A stretch of DNA of 64,000 nt from a virus. Taxonomy: Duplodnaviria; Caudoviricetes. Made by a program: the position numbers and the translations under genes. The stretch lies in the IMG/VR virus record IMGVR_UViG_2740892469_000001, positions 1-64,000 of that record; one strand, 5' to 3'. The number at the start of each line of letters is the position of its first letter. Positions within the stretch are counted from its first letter, which is position 1. Below, one piece after another: positions 44,285 through 55,832 of the stretch. The notes below the pieces were generated by a model. That model was given only the letters and a program-made list of their open reading frames with translations, did no database searches and was not told the origin of the DNA.

Positions 44285-47200
44285 TCCAATATTGCTTGTT
44301 TAACCGAGCCTGCCCAAGCCTCTGCGTCGCCTATAAAGCTATCTAGACCATAACTCAGCATCGTCATAGCTACATCGAACGGACGAAGCTTGTGCTGTTG
44401 GACCGCGATATTCGCAACCTCAATCACCAAGCTGCGCTGATCTTTGCTGAGTGCGTGGGTGGCTGTTTCTGGGAACTCGATAGAAGGACATTCCCCCCTC
44501 CCCTCTATATGCGCTGGACGCCCGTCGTTACTAGTATCTTGGGCATAATTTTGTGATCCACCCTGCGCAGTATTGTTATTAATAAACAGTGGCGAAGGTG
44601 GATCATATTTTGGCGTAATCTGATCGTCGATTTCCTGTATGAATGGAGCGAACGCCGCCGCCATTTCGTCGCGTAGGTCCGTTAGGCCCGTTAGGCGACA
44701 TTGCTCATCCAGTTTGTCGAAACGCACCTTGTAACCTGGTTTGAATGCCGTCTCGCTTAGGTCATTGATAAACGCTGCTACTTGGCGTTGGATGGTATCC
44801 ACATCAAGCGATTCAGAATCTTGCAAGCTCTCTTCAATACCTTGAGTACGTAGTGCTACTAGCGTTTTCACCGCTTCCCATTCTGGCAAGTGAACAAAGT
44901 ACGCATTCACGGCCTTGCGGTTGTTGATGCGCTTTTTGCGTGATTCAATAGGCACACCAAACGAGCGCAGGTGGTTGTTAAACCATTGCACTGGCTCTTG
45001 TAGCGTCTTTTCCGATACGGTGATACCTGAGTACTTGTAGAGGCGGTCTTGCGTGGATTTCTTGCGCAACCAATCGTAAAGATGAGGTCGCAAATCGTCT
45101 GCGGTCCACTCTTTGCCGTTGTAGTTCAACTGCTCATCAATGCCAGCCACTTGCAGCAGCTTCACCAAGTGACCACGTTTAATGGAAAGGTGACGCCAGC
45201 TCACTCGGCTCTCGGCGTGATTCACGTCTTTTCTGTCTAGCGCGTGGGCCGTGTCTTTGCATACGTTCACCCATCCTAGCTTTTTAATCGCATCCACAAA
45301 GCGAGATTTATTCTGCTTGTAGGTAAGCGCAGTGATGATTGCGTTACGCTTTGACTCAGGAAGCGTTAGCGCGTTGTCGATGTCGTTATGCTTCGCGTTC
45401 GCGCCATCTTTCGCGAACTCCTCGTACACCTCTTTGGCGAACGGCAGCAAGCAATCCAATTGCTCATCGTTGGCCGCATCCAAATGTAGGTCGTAATTCA
45501 CTTTTGATTTGGTGATCTCGGTTGGTGTGTAATCTTCACCGTTGCGCATTACCGTAGTGAACATGTCACCAACATGCACTGGCGCTTGCTCAATATCGCG
45601 TAGCGTCACACGGTTGTTACGTTCTTTCGCTTCTTCGCGGACGGTTGCACCAAAATCCGCTGCCAGTTTTTGCTTGGCCACTTCAATGATTTCATAGCCA
45701 CCCTTTGAAGCCAGCTCCAAAAAGCGAGCGCGGTAGCGGTTAGAAGATAGGTTCTGCTTCGCCTTAACTTGGCAGAATAGCCATTCATAAACAGGGTTGC
45801 GCGAGGTGTAGTTGCCCGTGGTTGGGTCAATATCTAGCACCTTCATCGTCTCGGCAGATACTTGCTCGATCAACTTGTCTTGAATGTAAGTTGGGTCGGT
45901 TGGTTCGCTGCGCTCTGCGTTATCTAGGTAAACGTGAAACTCTTTCACATCACGCGCTCGGTTTAGACCTTGGTGGCCTTCCTCTGCCGTACCTACGCGA
46001 GAAGACAAAAAGCCGATCGTCTTATCGAACTGGTGAGCGCTCGACTTAATATCAAATCCGGTACCGAGTGTTGGCGATGCAATCAGCACATCAAGGTTAG
46101 GTACGATAGCGTTGATGTCTTCTAGCGCTGTTTTCACTTCCTCAGTACCAGTGACATCCGCATGTACGACCAAAACTGCGCCATCGTAGTGTTTGCGCTC
46201 TCTTTCTTGCTCGATGGCAGTACCAATCGCTTTTACTTGCTCTTTCGAGTTGGCGTAGATGTAGCGCTTACCCTTAGCCATGATTTGCTGCATGACTTCT
46301 TCTAGCAAGTGATCTTTCGATTCGTAGACGTACATCTTTTTGCCCTTGGCCACTTGGAATGTATTTTGGAAATACACGCCAGTGTGCATGCCAATGAAGT
46401 GGCAAAAATCGAACGTTAAGTTACCCAAGTGTGCATCCGCTAGGATTTGGGTTTCGCTGTTCTTAAGAACAAATTGCAGGTAGTTAAGGCAGTGTTCGCC
46501 GTGTTGGATAGTCTTTGCGTAGTATTGGCTTAGGTTCTGCTCGAACTCATCAACAAACACCACATCCCAATTTGAACCAGCTAGGCGCCATAGTGAATCT
46601 ACTGAACAGACCAGAACGTGCGCATTGCGTAGCGCGATGTTTGCATCGGTTCCTGGTACAGGGTCTTTAATGATGAGGTCTTGATAAAATTCAACCGAGA
46701 CTTTCTCTTTCGCCAGACCTTCTTTTAGTGATTTCGCCAACGCAACACGGTGAGAAATAACTAAGGTCTTTTTGTCAGGGTTTTGTTTGATGTAGTTTTG
46801 AACCACTGTTGACTTACCCGTACCCATATCAGATTCGATCAGGTTCAAGCCTTCGCGAATAGATGCGGTTAGGTAGCGAGTGTTTGATTCAACTTTTTCG
46901 AAGCCACGAATGTTTAGCAGCTGCTCTTGAACGGCTTGCCATCCAAGGTTGATAAACGTATCGCTCCAGTCAAAGCCATCTGTTTGCGGTAGTGTCCAAA
47001 AACAGTTGTTGCTTTGAACGACATCCCGGCCTGCTTTATCGTTATCTGGTGCTGCAATAAACTGAATGTCTGGATGCTTTTCTCTTAGCAGCTCAATGAT
47101 GAAAGGAATGTTACCTTCACCGATTGGCGTAACGATTACCTCACCCGTTGATACGTGCGCAGAGTAGGCATCGGCAAAACCACCGACCACAAAAACACGT

Positions 47201-47904
47201 TTGGGTCCATGGTCCCGAAGCTCACCAAAGGTGCAAAAACCAAGGTCCGTACGAGCGTTATCGCTTGATAGTTTATTGATGGTGCGCTCACCAACTTGGA
47301 AAGCATTATCTAAAATACGCTCAAAGCCGCAGAAGCGGCCTTGGTTAAATAGCTCTTCATAGATAGGCCAAACCAAGCAAGGGTTGTTGTATTTATCACG
47401 ACCAAGGCGAACGTCAACAAAACGGCTAATGTCAGCCATTTGCTTTTTGATCATGTATCCCGTAGGAGCGAAGTTATCCGGCCATCCAAGGAAAAGTTTT
47501 TCTTCCTTTTTTAGTTCGTTCCACTGCTCTTGCTCGGCTTGAATACGGCGACGTTCTGCGGCCTTTTTGCGCTTCTCGTAGTCAGCGAATAGCTTTTGTC
47601 TTTCTTCTTCAGAATAATCTTTCTTCTTCGGTTTCCAGCCTGCTTCCATTGCTTCGTAAATGAAAGAGCCAAAGCTAGTGCGCTTTACACGTTGGAAGTT
47701 CTTCCACCAGCTCTTAAAGCCGCGCTTATCGTAGGAGTTGCCTGTTGCTGACCAGCGTTCAAAAATGTCTCTGGCATCATTGCCATATTCAGACACTAAC
47801 GCACGGCCAATCTTAGACCATCGTTTGTAGGGTAAATCTGGAGAGATATGACTGAGGGCTTCCTCAGCTTCATATAGTTCTAGTTGTATGTAATTAGCCA
47901 TCAT
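44275..47904 (-). CDS. repA: Replication protein RepA (mirror)
   Basis: Mirror of 33067-36696. Confidence 0.88.
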   Translation of the reverse strand: MMANYIQLELYEAEEALSHISPDLPYKRWSKIGRALVSEYGNDARDIFERWSATGNSYDKRGFKSWWKNFQRVKRTSFGSFIYEAMEAGWKPKKKDYSEEERQKLFADYEKRKKAAERRRIQAEQEQWNELKKEEKLFLGWPDNFAPTGYMIKKQMADISRFVDVRLGRDKYNNPCLVWPIYEELFNQGRFCGFERILDNAFQVGERTINKLSSDNARTDLGFCTFGELRDHGPKRVFVVGGFADAYSAHVSTGEVIVTPIGEGNIPFIIELLREKHPDIQFIAAPDNDKAGRDVVQSNNCFWTLPQTDGFDWSDTFINLGWQAVQEQLLNIRGFEKVESNTRYLTASIREGLNLIESDMGTGKSTVVQNYIKQNPDKKTLVISHRVALAKSLKEGLAKEKVSVEFYQDLIIKDPVPGTDANIALRNAHVLVCSVDSLWRLAGSNWDVVFVDEFEQNLSQYYAKTIQHGEHCLNYLQFVLKNSETQILADAHLGNLTFDFCHFIGMHTGVYFQNTFQVAKGKKMYVYESKDHLLEEVMQQIMAKGKRYIYANSKEQVKAIGTAIEQERERKHYDGAVLVVHADVTGTEEVKTALEDINAIVPNLDVLIASPTLGTGFDIKSSAHQFDKTIGFLSSRVGTAEEGHQGLNRARDVKEFHVYLDNAERSEPTDPTYIQDKLIEQVSAETMKVLDIDPTTGNYTSRNPVYEWLFCQVKAKQNLSSNRYRARFLELASKGGYEIIEVAKQKLAADFGATVREEAKERNNRVTLRDIEQAPVHVGDMFTTVMRNGEDYTPTEITKSKVNYDLHLDAANDEQLDCLLPFAKEVYEEFAKDGANAKHNDIDNALTLPESKRNAIITALTYKQNKSRFVDAIKKLGWVNVCKDTAHALDRKDVNHAESRVSWRHLSIKRGHLVKLLQVAGIDEQLNYNGKEWTADDLRPHLYDWLRKKSTQDRLYKYSGITVSEKTLQEPVQWFNNHLRSFGVPIESRKKRINNRKAVNAYFVHLPEWEAVKTLVALRTQGIEESLQDSESLDVDTIQRQVAAFINDLSETAFKPGYKVRFDKLDEQCRLTGLTDLRDEMAAAFAPFIQEIDDQITPKYDPPSPLFINNNTAQGGSQNYAQDTSNDGRPAHIEGRGECPSIEFPETATHALSKDQRSLVIEVANIAVQQHKLRPFDVAMTMLSYGLDSFIGDAEAWAGSVKQAILECL

Positions 47905-48265
47905 CGGTCCATCATTTTTATGACAGATACTGCAATGGAATCTACCGAAGTAAATTTCCTATTGCATAGACGCGAATAGGCCGCTAGAATTGAAACCAAC
48001 AAATAGCGTTGTTTGGTTTGGTTCTAGCCGCCTAACACATGAAAAAAGCTGGTCGCCACAACCGGCTTTTTTTGTATCTGTAATTCTTGAATTGTCTTTT
48101 AAATCAACAACATAACAAAGCTGTAACTTTTCTCTTTTTCCAAAAATCACTTTATTCACCATGCATGCCGTTGTTTAACTATCGCCACAATAGTAAACCA
48201 TTCATACATGAATAAACAAGTGATCAGCTGATCATTTTACTTATTCTAAATTGAATATTAGTAGA

Positions 48266-48961
48266 TTATGAGACTTTGCGATCATCAATAACTCTACATA
48301 CTACACCCTTTATATGGGTTGTTTCAGTAACTTTTATCACAGGGTATTGAAGATTTAACGGTTTTAGATACCTCGCACCACCATCTTCCACCAGTTGTTT
48401 AAAGGTGGCTTCTTGTGTTGATTCATCCACGGCCACAACGAACTTACCCACGTAGTCTTTAATTGTTCCAGATACATCGGGATTTACCAGGATAAAACTG
48501 CCGTTTGGAAAGTGATCTTTGCCTCCGCAATTTTCCATCGAGGTACCGTTCACTTTTAATAGATAAGCATTTTTCGGTGATTTACCAGGAATGAACTTAG
48601 TTTCTTGGTTGTGCGTCTCAATACACGGGCTTTCGCCCCAGTTCCCTGCTTGAACCCAAGATAAGACCGCTATATCACGCCCTGCGTTTTGGTTAACAGA
48701 ACGCTTTCGGATTGGCGCAGGCATGCTGTCTTGGTTCGTCTCTGGAATTTCCCTATGAAGTCTTTTTTCCAACTCACTCAAAGACCATCCAAATAACTTG
48801 CAATAACCATCAACGATAGGCCAGCTCGGCACCGCCCCTCGCTCTACACGGGATAGCGTAGGCTGAGAGCAGTCAATCCCCCACTCTTTAAAAGTGGCGA
48901 CAACTTCATCAAGGCTAAATCGCTTTTTTCTCTCTGCTTTGATTATCTCGTGCAGTTCCAT
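48266..48961 (-). CDS. Prophage repressor, HTH plus S24 (mirror)
   Basis: Mirror of 32010-32705. Confidence 0.92.
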   Translation of the reverse strand: MELHEIIKAERKKRFSLDEVVATFKEWGIDCSQPTLSRVERGAVPSWPIVDGYCKLFGWSLSELEKRLHREIPETNQDSMPAPIRKRSVNQNAGRDIAVLSWVQAGNWGESPCIETHNQETKFIPGKSPKNAYLLKVNGTSMENCGGKDHFPNGSFILVNPDVSGTIKDYVGKFVVAVDESTQEATFKQLVEDGGARYLKPLNLQYPVIKVTETTHIKGVVCRVIDDRKVS

Positions 48962-49102
48962 TTTCCCACCAGTGATTCAGTAAGCAAAAAACGCCCATAT
49001 TTCATATATGAAAATTATCTTACATTTCATATTTGGCACATTCATCACGGAATAAAAGAACTCCGGTTTGCTTTTTATTCATATTTGAATAAAATCGGGG
49101 AT

Positions 49103-49330
49103 ATGAAAACGCCTTTACATAAATGCAGGGCATACGAAGGTATCTCCATAGCTTTTTTAGCTCTGGAAAGCGGTTCTAGCGGCGCAACACTTAGCCGCTT
49201 AGAAAGGGGGATATCCAATACGTCAGGCGAAGTGTGTTATCAGGTTCTCGAACGGTACAAGAAGTATGGCTTAACTCTTGAGCACTTGATTTATCCAGAA
49301 CGCTTCCCCGATTTCGTCATAAATACATAA
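49103..49330 (+). CDS. cro: Cro-like repressor (mirror)
   Basis: Mirror of 31641-31868. Confidence 0.8.
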   Translation: MKTPLHKCRAYEGISIAFLALESGSSGATLSRLERGISNTSGEVCYQVLERYKKYGLTLEHLIYPERFPDFVINT

Positions 49331-49349
49331 TAGTTGGCAGGCTTTTAAA

Positions 49350-49949
49350 ATGGAACGTCGAAAAAATGACAACAGATTGTCAGCCGTGGTTTTGGACCAT
49401 ATCAATAGCTTTATTGATGAAACTGGCATCGCTGTTGAGAAATTCACTCGCAACAAAGTATTGCCTGAGCTTATTAAAGCTGGCGAACTCACACGACCAT
49501 TGAAAGATGAAGATAAGTGGGAGAAAACACAATCTCGTCGTCTTGTTCGCTATATCGATGGCGAAAATCAACTTCACATCAATTGGGTTTTTCCTTTTAT
49601 TGCAAGCTTGCCTGAAGCGTACCGTCAGCCATTAAAGAATGAGCTTTGCGGAATGCTAGGTTCGTATTTTGTCGCATTGACCGCATCAAAAAGCTTATCG
49701 AATGGCACTGAAACACGTTCGCACCTTCCTCAGATGGCGAAAGAATGGGGTGACATCTTAGTTAAAGCTAACCCAGCAATGGATGGTGCTTTTACTCCCG
49801 ATGATGACCCAGTTGAAGTTCTTAATTACGCAAACGAAATCGCTGAGTGCATTGGCGTTCTCATGGCTGAGCTAGGCGCCATTAGTCGCGCAACGAACAT
49901 TGAGCCTTCTGCCGTGAAAGCATTCCGAAACAGCACCTTGTTTGTGTAA
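49350..49949 (+). CDS. CII/YdaT-like regulator (mirror)
   Basis: Mirror of 31022-31621. Confidence 0.45.
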   Translation: MERRKNDNRLSAVVLDHINSFIDETGIAVEKFTRNKVLPELIKAGELTRPLKDEDKWEKTQSRRLVRYIDGENQLHINWVFPFIASLPEAYRQPLKNELCGMLGSYFVALTASKSLSNGTETRSHLPQMAKEWGDILVKANPAMDGAFTPDDDPVEVLNYANEIAECIGVLMAELGAISRATNIEPSAVKAFRNSTLFV

Positions 49950-49955
49950 AGGGGT

Positions 49956-50684
49956 GTGACTATGCGCGTTAAGTTCAACGAAGAGGGATTGCGAGAAGAG
50001 CTACGTGAAGCGATGTTAGTTGTGCCACGCACTCGTGGCCAGCTTGATGGCTTTGCCGATAGCGGATGCAGTGATAGCCGTTTTACTCGCCAATCTCATT
50101 ACGACATCACCGACGATAACGGCAACAAGATTGCCAGTGTAAAAGCGCCAGTGGTGACCACGTTGGCTTGCCGAAAGTTTAAGCAGTCACCTTGCCCACT
50201 TCCTCCTAAAGCTTTTGTTTATGCAAGGTTGCTACGCGATATGAATTCTAACCCTGAGCATATATCTGATTGGCTGCGCTACTGCTACAGCGAAGGCGCA
50301 AAAATGCCAACGAAAACCCTGCTGCTTGCGCTGTTGGATGAGTTTTACCAACAAGAGTCCAAGAACCTCGGCAAAGAATCAAAAAAGTTGATCGCGCACT
50401 TGGCCTTGGTGGCTTGCCAACAAAAACGCGAGCGCATTAACGGCGGCACGATGCTGCTGACTCAGGCAGTGATTGCAGAGAAATCAGGAAAGAAGCTCTC
50501 TGCTTGGGAAAAGTCATGGGCGAAGCGCTGGACGCGCTTGCTCGACATATTAGGCACGTTTGATCAAAAGGGGCTTGAACATGTGCATGAATGCCGACGC
50601 AGAGCAAAAGCTACCAGAAGGAATGCCGACCTGCCTGTGCAATCGGTACTTCGAGCAGCCGCCCGAGCATACGTGGCTGCCTGA
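49956..50684 (+). CDS. Antiterminator Q-like protein (mirror)
   Basis: Mirror of 30287-31015. Confidence 0.65.
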   Translation: MTMRVKFNEEGLREELREAMLVVPRTRGQLDGFADSGCSDSRFTRQSHYDITDDNGNKIASVKAPVVTTLACRKFKQSPCPLPPKAFVYARLLRDMNSNPEHISDWLRYCYSEGAKMPTKTLLLALLDEFYQQESKNLGKESKKLIAHLALVACQQKRERINGGTMLLTQAVIAEKSGKKLSAWEKSWAKRWTRLLDILGTFDQKGLEHVHECRRRAKATRRNADLPVQSVLRAAARAYVAA

Positions 50685-50892
50685 GTGGGACCGCAGCGAG
50701 GGAACGGGGGAACACATCCTGTTTTGCCCGAACTGCAAGTACCAAGTTGGCCCTTTTGATAATAAGCCTGCCGCGATAGCGAATTGGGCTTTATTAAACC
50801 GACACGGTGATGAGCAAGTTTACAGCAACTGGAAAAGAAACTACGCCGCCCATTACCCAGCACAAGATTATTTACGCCAGGAGATAGCATGA
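50560..50892 (+). CDS. Zinc-ribbon Lar-like protein (mirror)
   Basis: Mirror of 30079-30411. Confidence 0.5.
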   Translation: MIKRGLNMCMNADAEQKLPEGMPTCLCNRYFEQPPEHTWLPEWDRSEGTGEHILFCPNCKYQVGPFDNKPAAIANWALLNRHGDEQVYSNWKRNYAAHYPAQDYLRQEIA

Positions 50893-51518
50893 TCAATTTG
50901 AGTATTAAAGAAGTAAAGCGCCAATTAAGTGAAGGCGAGCCATTACGCTACGGAGCATTAAGAAATCAGATGCTTGCTCGCTCTCTGAGTGAAATGTCTA
51001 TTCCACCATATATGGAAGCGCTCATTCTTGAGCATTTTAAGGAACTGAACTGCAAGTTTATCTCTCACGAAGAGCATCGCGTTCGCGTTCATATCCACCT
51101 GCCTGACGACTCGCTGTATGAGCGCAGCTTTACCACTTCCAAGGGTCGCGATAAGGCCATGCGCAAAGCACTTAAAGAGCGTGACAACATTGGCAAGAAG
51201 GCATGGGGTAAGTTTTGGGATCGCGTTCTCAGTGAACCTGGCTTTTTCGAGCGCATGCCGCATTCGTTAGAGCCTAAGCAAATCGACAAAGTGAAAGTGT
51301 ACAAGAACGGAAGCAAAGTGGTGTTCCCTTACTACGCCGCGATTTGGGCCGACCATTCCGGTAAAGGATGCGGCAAAAAGACCAAGCTGTTCAGCATTAA
51401 AAAGATGGGTGCTTTAGGGGCTTACAACGCAGCCAAGCGCCACCTGCAAGAGGTGCATGCGGATTACATCCCCGTGATTAAGCACATGGAACGATTCAAC
51501 GTAAACGAGCTGCTTTAG
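50889..51518 (+). CDS. AP2-like DNA-binding protein (mirror)
   Basis: Mirror of 29453-30082. Confidence 0.55.
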   Translation: MINLSIKEVKRQLSEGEPLRYGALRNQMLARSLSEMSIPPYMEALILEHFKELNCKFISHEEHRVRVHIHLPDDSLYERSFTTSKGRDKAMRKALKERDNIGKKAWGKFWDRVLSEPGFFERMPHSLEPKQIDKVKVYKNGSKVVFPYYAAIWADHSGKGCGKKTKLFSIKKMGALGAYNAAKRHLQEVHADYIPVIKHMERFNVNELL

Positions 51519-51548
51519 CTCAGACCAAATTAGCCAGGAGATAGAACG

Positions 51549-52184
51549 ATGAGAGACATAAAAATTGCAATGCAAAACATCAATGGATGCCACCAGGACG
51601 GAATACTAACGGAAGAGTCTGCTGACTTTTACTTCATCAATGCCATCAGCTCAGCGATATCAGTCAGAATGCGCGAAGCTCGCGCTAATGGTAAGCGTGG
51701 TTGGTGGAATCCTGAAGTTTGCTCCATTGAGTTCTTGAAAGAACAGGCCATTAAAAACCTTGGCGAAGGCAACGTGCTGGACGCCATCATATTTATCGCC
51801 ATGGTTCTTATGCGCAATGAGGGCCAAACAAACACGTTGGTTTTTAATACATCCAAGCTTGGTGATCTTACCGAACTTGCCCCTCGTCACTGTGAGTTCT
51901 TCCAAGAAGTTTACGACTCCATAACTTTCGCCCACCTATCTTTCGAATTAGCTCCAACAAGGGACAAGGCAATCATGGTTGCAGGCAAAATGCTCGAGCA
52001 AACCATGAAAGAGATCGAACGCCTTAATCCGCACAAAGAATCCTCTACTGGTGAACTATCACCGGCTATCGAAAACATGATTGAAGACGCTGGTCTGGAA
52101 ATCACGGATGTAAAACACATCATCCTTGCTGCTCAGTCTGAAACGAAAAGGCAAATGTGCACAGCATCAGACCAAATTAGCTAG
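51549..52184 (+). CDS. Hypothetical protein, 211 aa (mirror)
   Basis: Mirror of 28787-29422. Confidence 0.7.
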   Translation: MRDIKIAMQNINGCHQDGILTEESADFYFINAISSAISVRMREARANGKRGWWNPEVCSIEFLKEQAIKNLGEGNVLDAIIFIAMVLMRNEGQTNTLVFNTSKLGDLTELAPRHCEFFQEVYDSITFAHLSFELAPTRDKAIMVAGKMLEQTMKEIERLNPHKESSTGELSPAIENMIEDAGLEITDVKHIILAAQSETKRQMCTASDQIS

Positions 52185-52193
52185 GAGATACCA

Positions 52194-52715
52194 ATGAAGA
52201 AGTTTTATAAATCAAATCATGCAGATGTCTATGCCGCATGGACTGACTATCGAAATAAGACCAACACGCTAAAGGCAGAGTTTACTGAGTTTGCAAACAA
52301 CTTTGATGCTAAGCCAGTTTTTTCTTACAGCGTTAATGGCCACAAATTCGCAAACCTAATGTTAAACAATTACGGCACTCGACCTGACGGTTCGCTCTGG
52401 ACGAGACCAAAGCCAGCACTGGGTAATACAAGCCACATCAAGGCAAGAGTTCAAGGCAAGGAAAGCATGGCTGAACTTCGTCAATTGAAAGCGAAGTTTA
52501 AAGAGCTAAAGCCTGTCTGCTCAGAAGTTTCTTTGGATGACCTTTATCAAACTCTCGGTATCTCTTGGAGTGATGTTGTATTCACTGGCATTGAGTGGTT
52601 CGCCTTTGACGGAGATGTCTACATTTCCACTTCATTAAGCATCACCCAAAACGTGGATGAAATTACAGCCCACGAATTTTCAATTGCCAAGCAATCGAAG
52701 GATAAAGTCGATTAA
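52194..52715 (+). CDS. Hypothetical protein, 173 aa (mirror)
   Basis: Mirror of 28256-28777. Confidence 0.7.
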   Translation: MKKFYKSNHADVYAAWTDYRNKTNTLKAEFTEFANNFDAKPVFSYSVNGHKFANLMLNNYGTRPDGSLWTRPKPALGNTSHIKARVQGKESMAELRQLKAKFKELKPVCSEVSLDDLYQTLGISWSDVVFTGIEWFAFDGDVYISTSLSITQNVDEITAHEFSIAKQSKDKVD

Positions 52716-52728
52716 TTAAGGAGCCACC

Positions 52729-52908
52729 ATGGAGACCACTGACCTAACGCAAAACCCGTTTACTTTTGAAAGCTTTTTTCAAGCGGAGTCTTACCTAGAA
52801 AAACAAGGCTATCACTGCGAGCACGAACGCTGGATTCATAAAAATAAACAGGATGTGTCCGTGGTCCCAAACGGCAGCGGCGTCAAAATTGAACCTATTA
52901 AACATTAA
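52729..52908 (+). CDS. Hypothetical protein, 59 aa (mirror)
   Basis: Mirror of 28063-28242. Confidence 0.65.
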   Translation: METTDLTQNPFTFESFFQAESYLEKQGYHCEHERWIHKNKQDVSVVPNGSGVKIEPIKH

Positions 52909-52917
52909 GAGTTAGCT

Positions 52918-54159
52918 ATGAGTATTTTCCCTAAAAACGCGATGGTCTACCGCCATAAACTTGGCTTTAGCTTTGACCTCGAAAAGCTTGAAGAGCAGAT
53001 GAAAGAGTTCGCGTACACACCATGCGGTGAAACCGATAAGCAAAAGTTTGGCTGGACTCCTGCGCTTGGCAAGAACACCGAAAATTTTGTGCACATCGCA
53101 GACCAATACGCGCTCATCGCGGCGAAAAAGGAAGTAAAGAACATTCCTGCTGCTGTTATTAAAGAATCCATGAACGAGAAAGTTGAGGCATTCGAAAAGG
53201 CAGAAGGTCGACCAATGCGCAAGAAAGAAAAAGACGCATTGAAAGACGACCTCATGATTGAGCTATTGCCGCGAGCGTTTAGCCAGTACACCTATTTCTC
53301 GGTATTCATTAATACCAAGTCGAACTTGGTGGTTGTGGACGCATCGTCATTTAAAGCGGCAGAAGATGTACTTGCCCTACTTCGTAAAACCATTGGTGGC
53401 CTGCCAGTGATTCCTGCGGTCCCTGTTAAGGCGATTGAAAACACCATGACTGAGTGGGTTAAGGAAGGCGCGGTGCCTTCTGGTTTCACTCTGCAGCACG
53501 ATATTAAGTTGACGTCTGTGGTTGAAGATGGCGGTAGCGCTCAATTCAAGAAGCAGGAAATTGGCTCAGATGAAATCAAAGCCTGCATTGAGGCCAACAA
53601 GGTGGTCACTTCATTAAAGATGGATTGGCAAGAACGCATTGAATTCACACTGGCCGATAGCGGCACGATTAAAAGCCTCAAGTTCTCAGACCAACTTCAA
53701 GACCAAAACGACGACATTCCACGCGAAGATGTGCTTGCGCGTTTGGATGCGGATTTTTGTTTGGCTGCAGGCAATGTTTTCGAGTTCTTGAAAAGTCTTT
53801 ATACCGAACTGGGTGGTTTTGAAGGTGAAGAGCACCTTTACACCAAAGATGAAAACGCCGAACCAAACACAGAAGCACTGCCAGACACGCTCACCTTTAG
53901 CCATAAGATCGCTGAAAAGCTGATGCTTGTTATTGAAAACGCCACCGACGACGATGCTCTTGATTCTCTACTTACGCAAGCTAGTGACCATGTAGCAGAG
54001 ACGCGCCGAGCGTCGGTTTCTAACCTGCAGCGTAAGTTCAAGATTGGCTATAACCGTGCTGCTCGAATTATGGAACAACTCGAAGCATGTGGTGTGGTTT
54101 CTAAACCTGCTCACAACGGCCACCGTTCTGTTCTTATCGCACCAAAGGAGGCTGAATAA
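52918..54159 (+). CDS. rdgC: RdgC-FtsK gamma fusion (mirror)
   Basis: Mirror of 26812-28053. Confidence 0.9.
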   Translation: MSIFPKNAMVYRHKLGFSFDLEKLEEQMKEFAYTPCGETDKQKFGWTPALGKNTENFVHIADQYALIAAKKEVKNIPAAVIKESMNEKVEAFEKAEGRPMRKKEKDALKDDLMIELLPRAFSQYTYFSVFINTKSNLVVVDASSFKAAEDVLALLRKTIGGLPVIPAVPVKAIENTMTEWVKEGAVPSGFTLQHDIKLTSVVEDGGSAQFKKQEIGSDEIKACIEANKVVTSLKMDWQERIEFTLADSGTIKSLKFSDQLQDQNDDIPREDVLARLDADFCLAAGNVFEFLKSLYTELGGFEGEEHLYTKDENAEPNTEALPDTLTFSHKIAEKLMLVIENATDDDALDSLLTQASDHVAETRRASVSNLQRKFKIGYNRAARIMEQLEACGVVSKPAHNGHRSVLIAPKEAE

Positions 54160-54665
54160 TGGCAAGTCGTGGAATCAATAAAGTCATCCTAGTTGGCAAC
54201 TTAGGCAATGATCCTGAAATTCGTTATATGCCAAACGGCGGCGCAGTGGCAAACATTACCATCGCCACAAGCGACCAATGGCGCGATAAGGCTACGGGCG
54301 AACCGCGCGAAAAAACCGAATGGCACCGTGTGGTGCTGTTTGGAAAGTTGGCAGAAGTGGCTGGTGAGTACCTTAAAAAAGGCTCGCAAGTTTACATTGA
54401 AGGCCAGCTGCAGACGCGCAAATGGCAAGACCAAAGCGGCGTTGACCGTTACTCCACTGAAGTGGTGGTGCAAGGTTTTAATGGTGTGATGCAAATGCTT
54501 GGTAATCGCCCTCAAAACCCACACGCAGGTGGATGGGGACAGCCACAACAACCACAGCACCCTCAACAACAGCAGCAACAGTATCGCGGACCGCAACAGC
54601 AACAAGCGCCACAGCAGCAGTACAACGAGCCGCCGATGGACTTCGACGACGATATCCCGTTCTGA
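54159..54665 (+). CDS. ssb: Single-stranded DNA-binding protein (mirror)
   Basis: Mirror of 26306-26812. Confidence 0.97.
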   Translation: MASRGINKVILVGNLGNDPEIRYMPNGGAVANITIATSDQWRDKATGEPREKTEWHRVVLFGKLAEVAGEYLKKGSQVYIEGQLQTRKWQDQSGVDRYSTEVVVQGFNGVMQMLGNRPQNPHAGGWGQPQQPQHPQQQQQQYRGPQQQQAPQQQYNEPPMDFDDDIPF

Positions 54666-54685
54666 CGAAAGACAAAGGAATATCA

Positions 54686-54871
54686 ATGCAATCGGATTCC
54701 AACCAACTTATCGCTTATGTGATGACTCACCATCGAAAGGTGGTGAAGTCTCAAGCCGATGCCATGGATTGGTTGGATAAAAACCTGCCAACGTGGCGAA
54801 CGGCACCCGTGCCAGAGCCAGTTAGCACCATTTATTACGATGGTGAATCAGATGGATATGACAATGAGTAA
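54686..54871 (+). CDS. Hypothetical protein, 61 aa (mirror)
   Basis: Mirror of 26100-26285. Confidence 0.6.
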   Translation: MQSDSNQLIAYVMTHHRKVVKSQADAMDWLDKNLPTWRTAPVPEPVSTIYYDGESDGYDNE

Positions 54872-55205
54872 CGCTCTCCCTGAGCTCAAATTAACGAATG
54901 CCAATTTTGAATTGGCATTAAAGGGCCGCAAGCTCACTTCGGTGCGACTTGGCCATAAGGATATTGCGCCTGGTCTTTGCGAATTGGTGAACGTTGAAAC
55001 GGACCAAAAGAAGACCATTAACATTTGGTATGTAAACCGCTGCCTGCTTTCGGATTTGGAGCTGAATGACGCAAGGCTTGATGGCTTTAATACCGTTGAA
55101 GATTTAAAGGCCGAACTGCGCCGCTGTTACCGCCGATTCATTGAAGACCGCGAACCAGTCACGCAAGTGCATTTTGATTTGGTCGCAGACGAGAAGGTGG
55201 CGTGA
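54858..55205 (+). CDS. ASCH domain protein (mirror)
   Basis: Mirror of 25766-26113. Confidence 0.8.
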   Translation: MTMSNALPELKLTNANFELALKGRKLTSVRLGHKDIAPGLCELVNVETDQKKTINIWYVNRCLLSDLELNDARLDGFNTVEDLKAELRRCYRRFIEDREPVTQVHFDLVADEKVA

Positions 55206-55576
55206 TGAGTTCGCCAGAGGGTTTGAAAGGAAGAATCAGCACCTTCTAGCGCTCTGAAAGTGGCAACGTCTACTTTCGTCTTTATGGCGTTAAGAAGCCT
55301 TTTCTTATCGGCCATGATGTTGATGAAACCCTTATCCCCTACCTCGCTAAGAATTTAGGTGCAAGCACAAACGCCATCGACAAGGGCGATTTCTATTTGG
55401 TCACTTGGCTTGGCATTACTTGCAAGGTTCACCTCAGAAAAGATGGCTTACCAGTGGAGTGGGAAAAGCGCGAGCTGCCGTACCAATGGAAGAAAACCGC
55501 CAAGGTACCGAAACGTCGCCGCCACTGGTTAAGCGAACACGATTACAACGGCTACTACGAGCCGATTAAGGATTGA
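55205..55576 (+). pseudogene. Amber-interrupted ORF (mirror; TAG at 55247-55249)
   Basis: Mirror of 25395-25766. Confidence 0.65.
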
Positions 55577-55579
55577 ATT

Positions 55580-55828
55580 ATGGCAACAACTATTCAAGTT
55601 GTGGAAAACCTAAGAGTTGGAAAGTTTATTGAAATCGAGGGAAAGCGCTGCGAGGTAGAAATGGCGTCTTTCTCTCAAGCGCTGACTGAGAAAGCTGCGC
55701 AAGATGAATTGTTCAAAGTAATGAAAGACGAACTTATTGATCGCGGAATCATAAAAGAGGATGTTGGCCAGTTTTATTGGTGTGAGAGTGGCGAGCCTTT
55801 AATTGAAGAAGAAGACTACGAGGATTGA
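55580..55828 (+). CDS. Hypothetical protein (mirror)
   Basis: Mirror of 25143-25391. Confidence 0.65.
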   Translation: MATTIQVVENLRVGKFIEIEGKRCEVEMASFSQALTEKAAQDELFKVMKDELIDRGIIKEDVGQFYWCESGEPLIEEEDYED

Positions 55829-55832
55829 GATT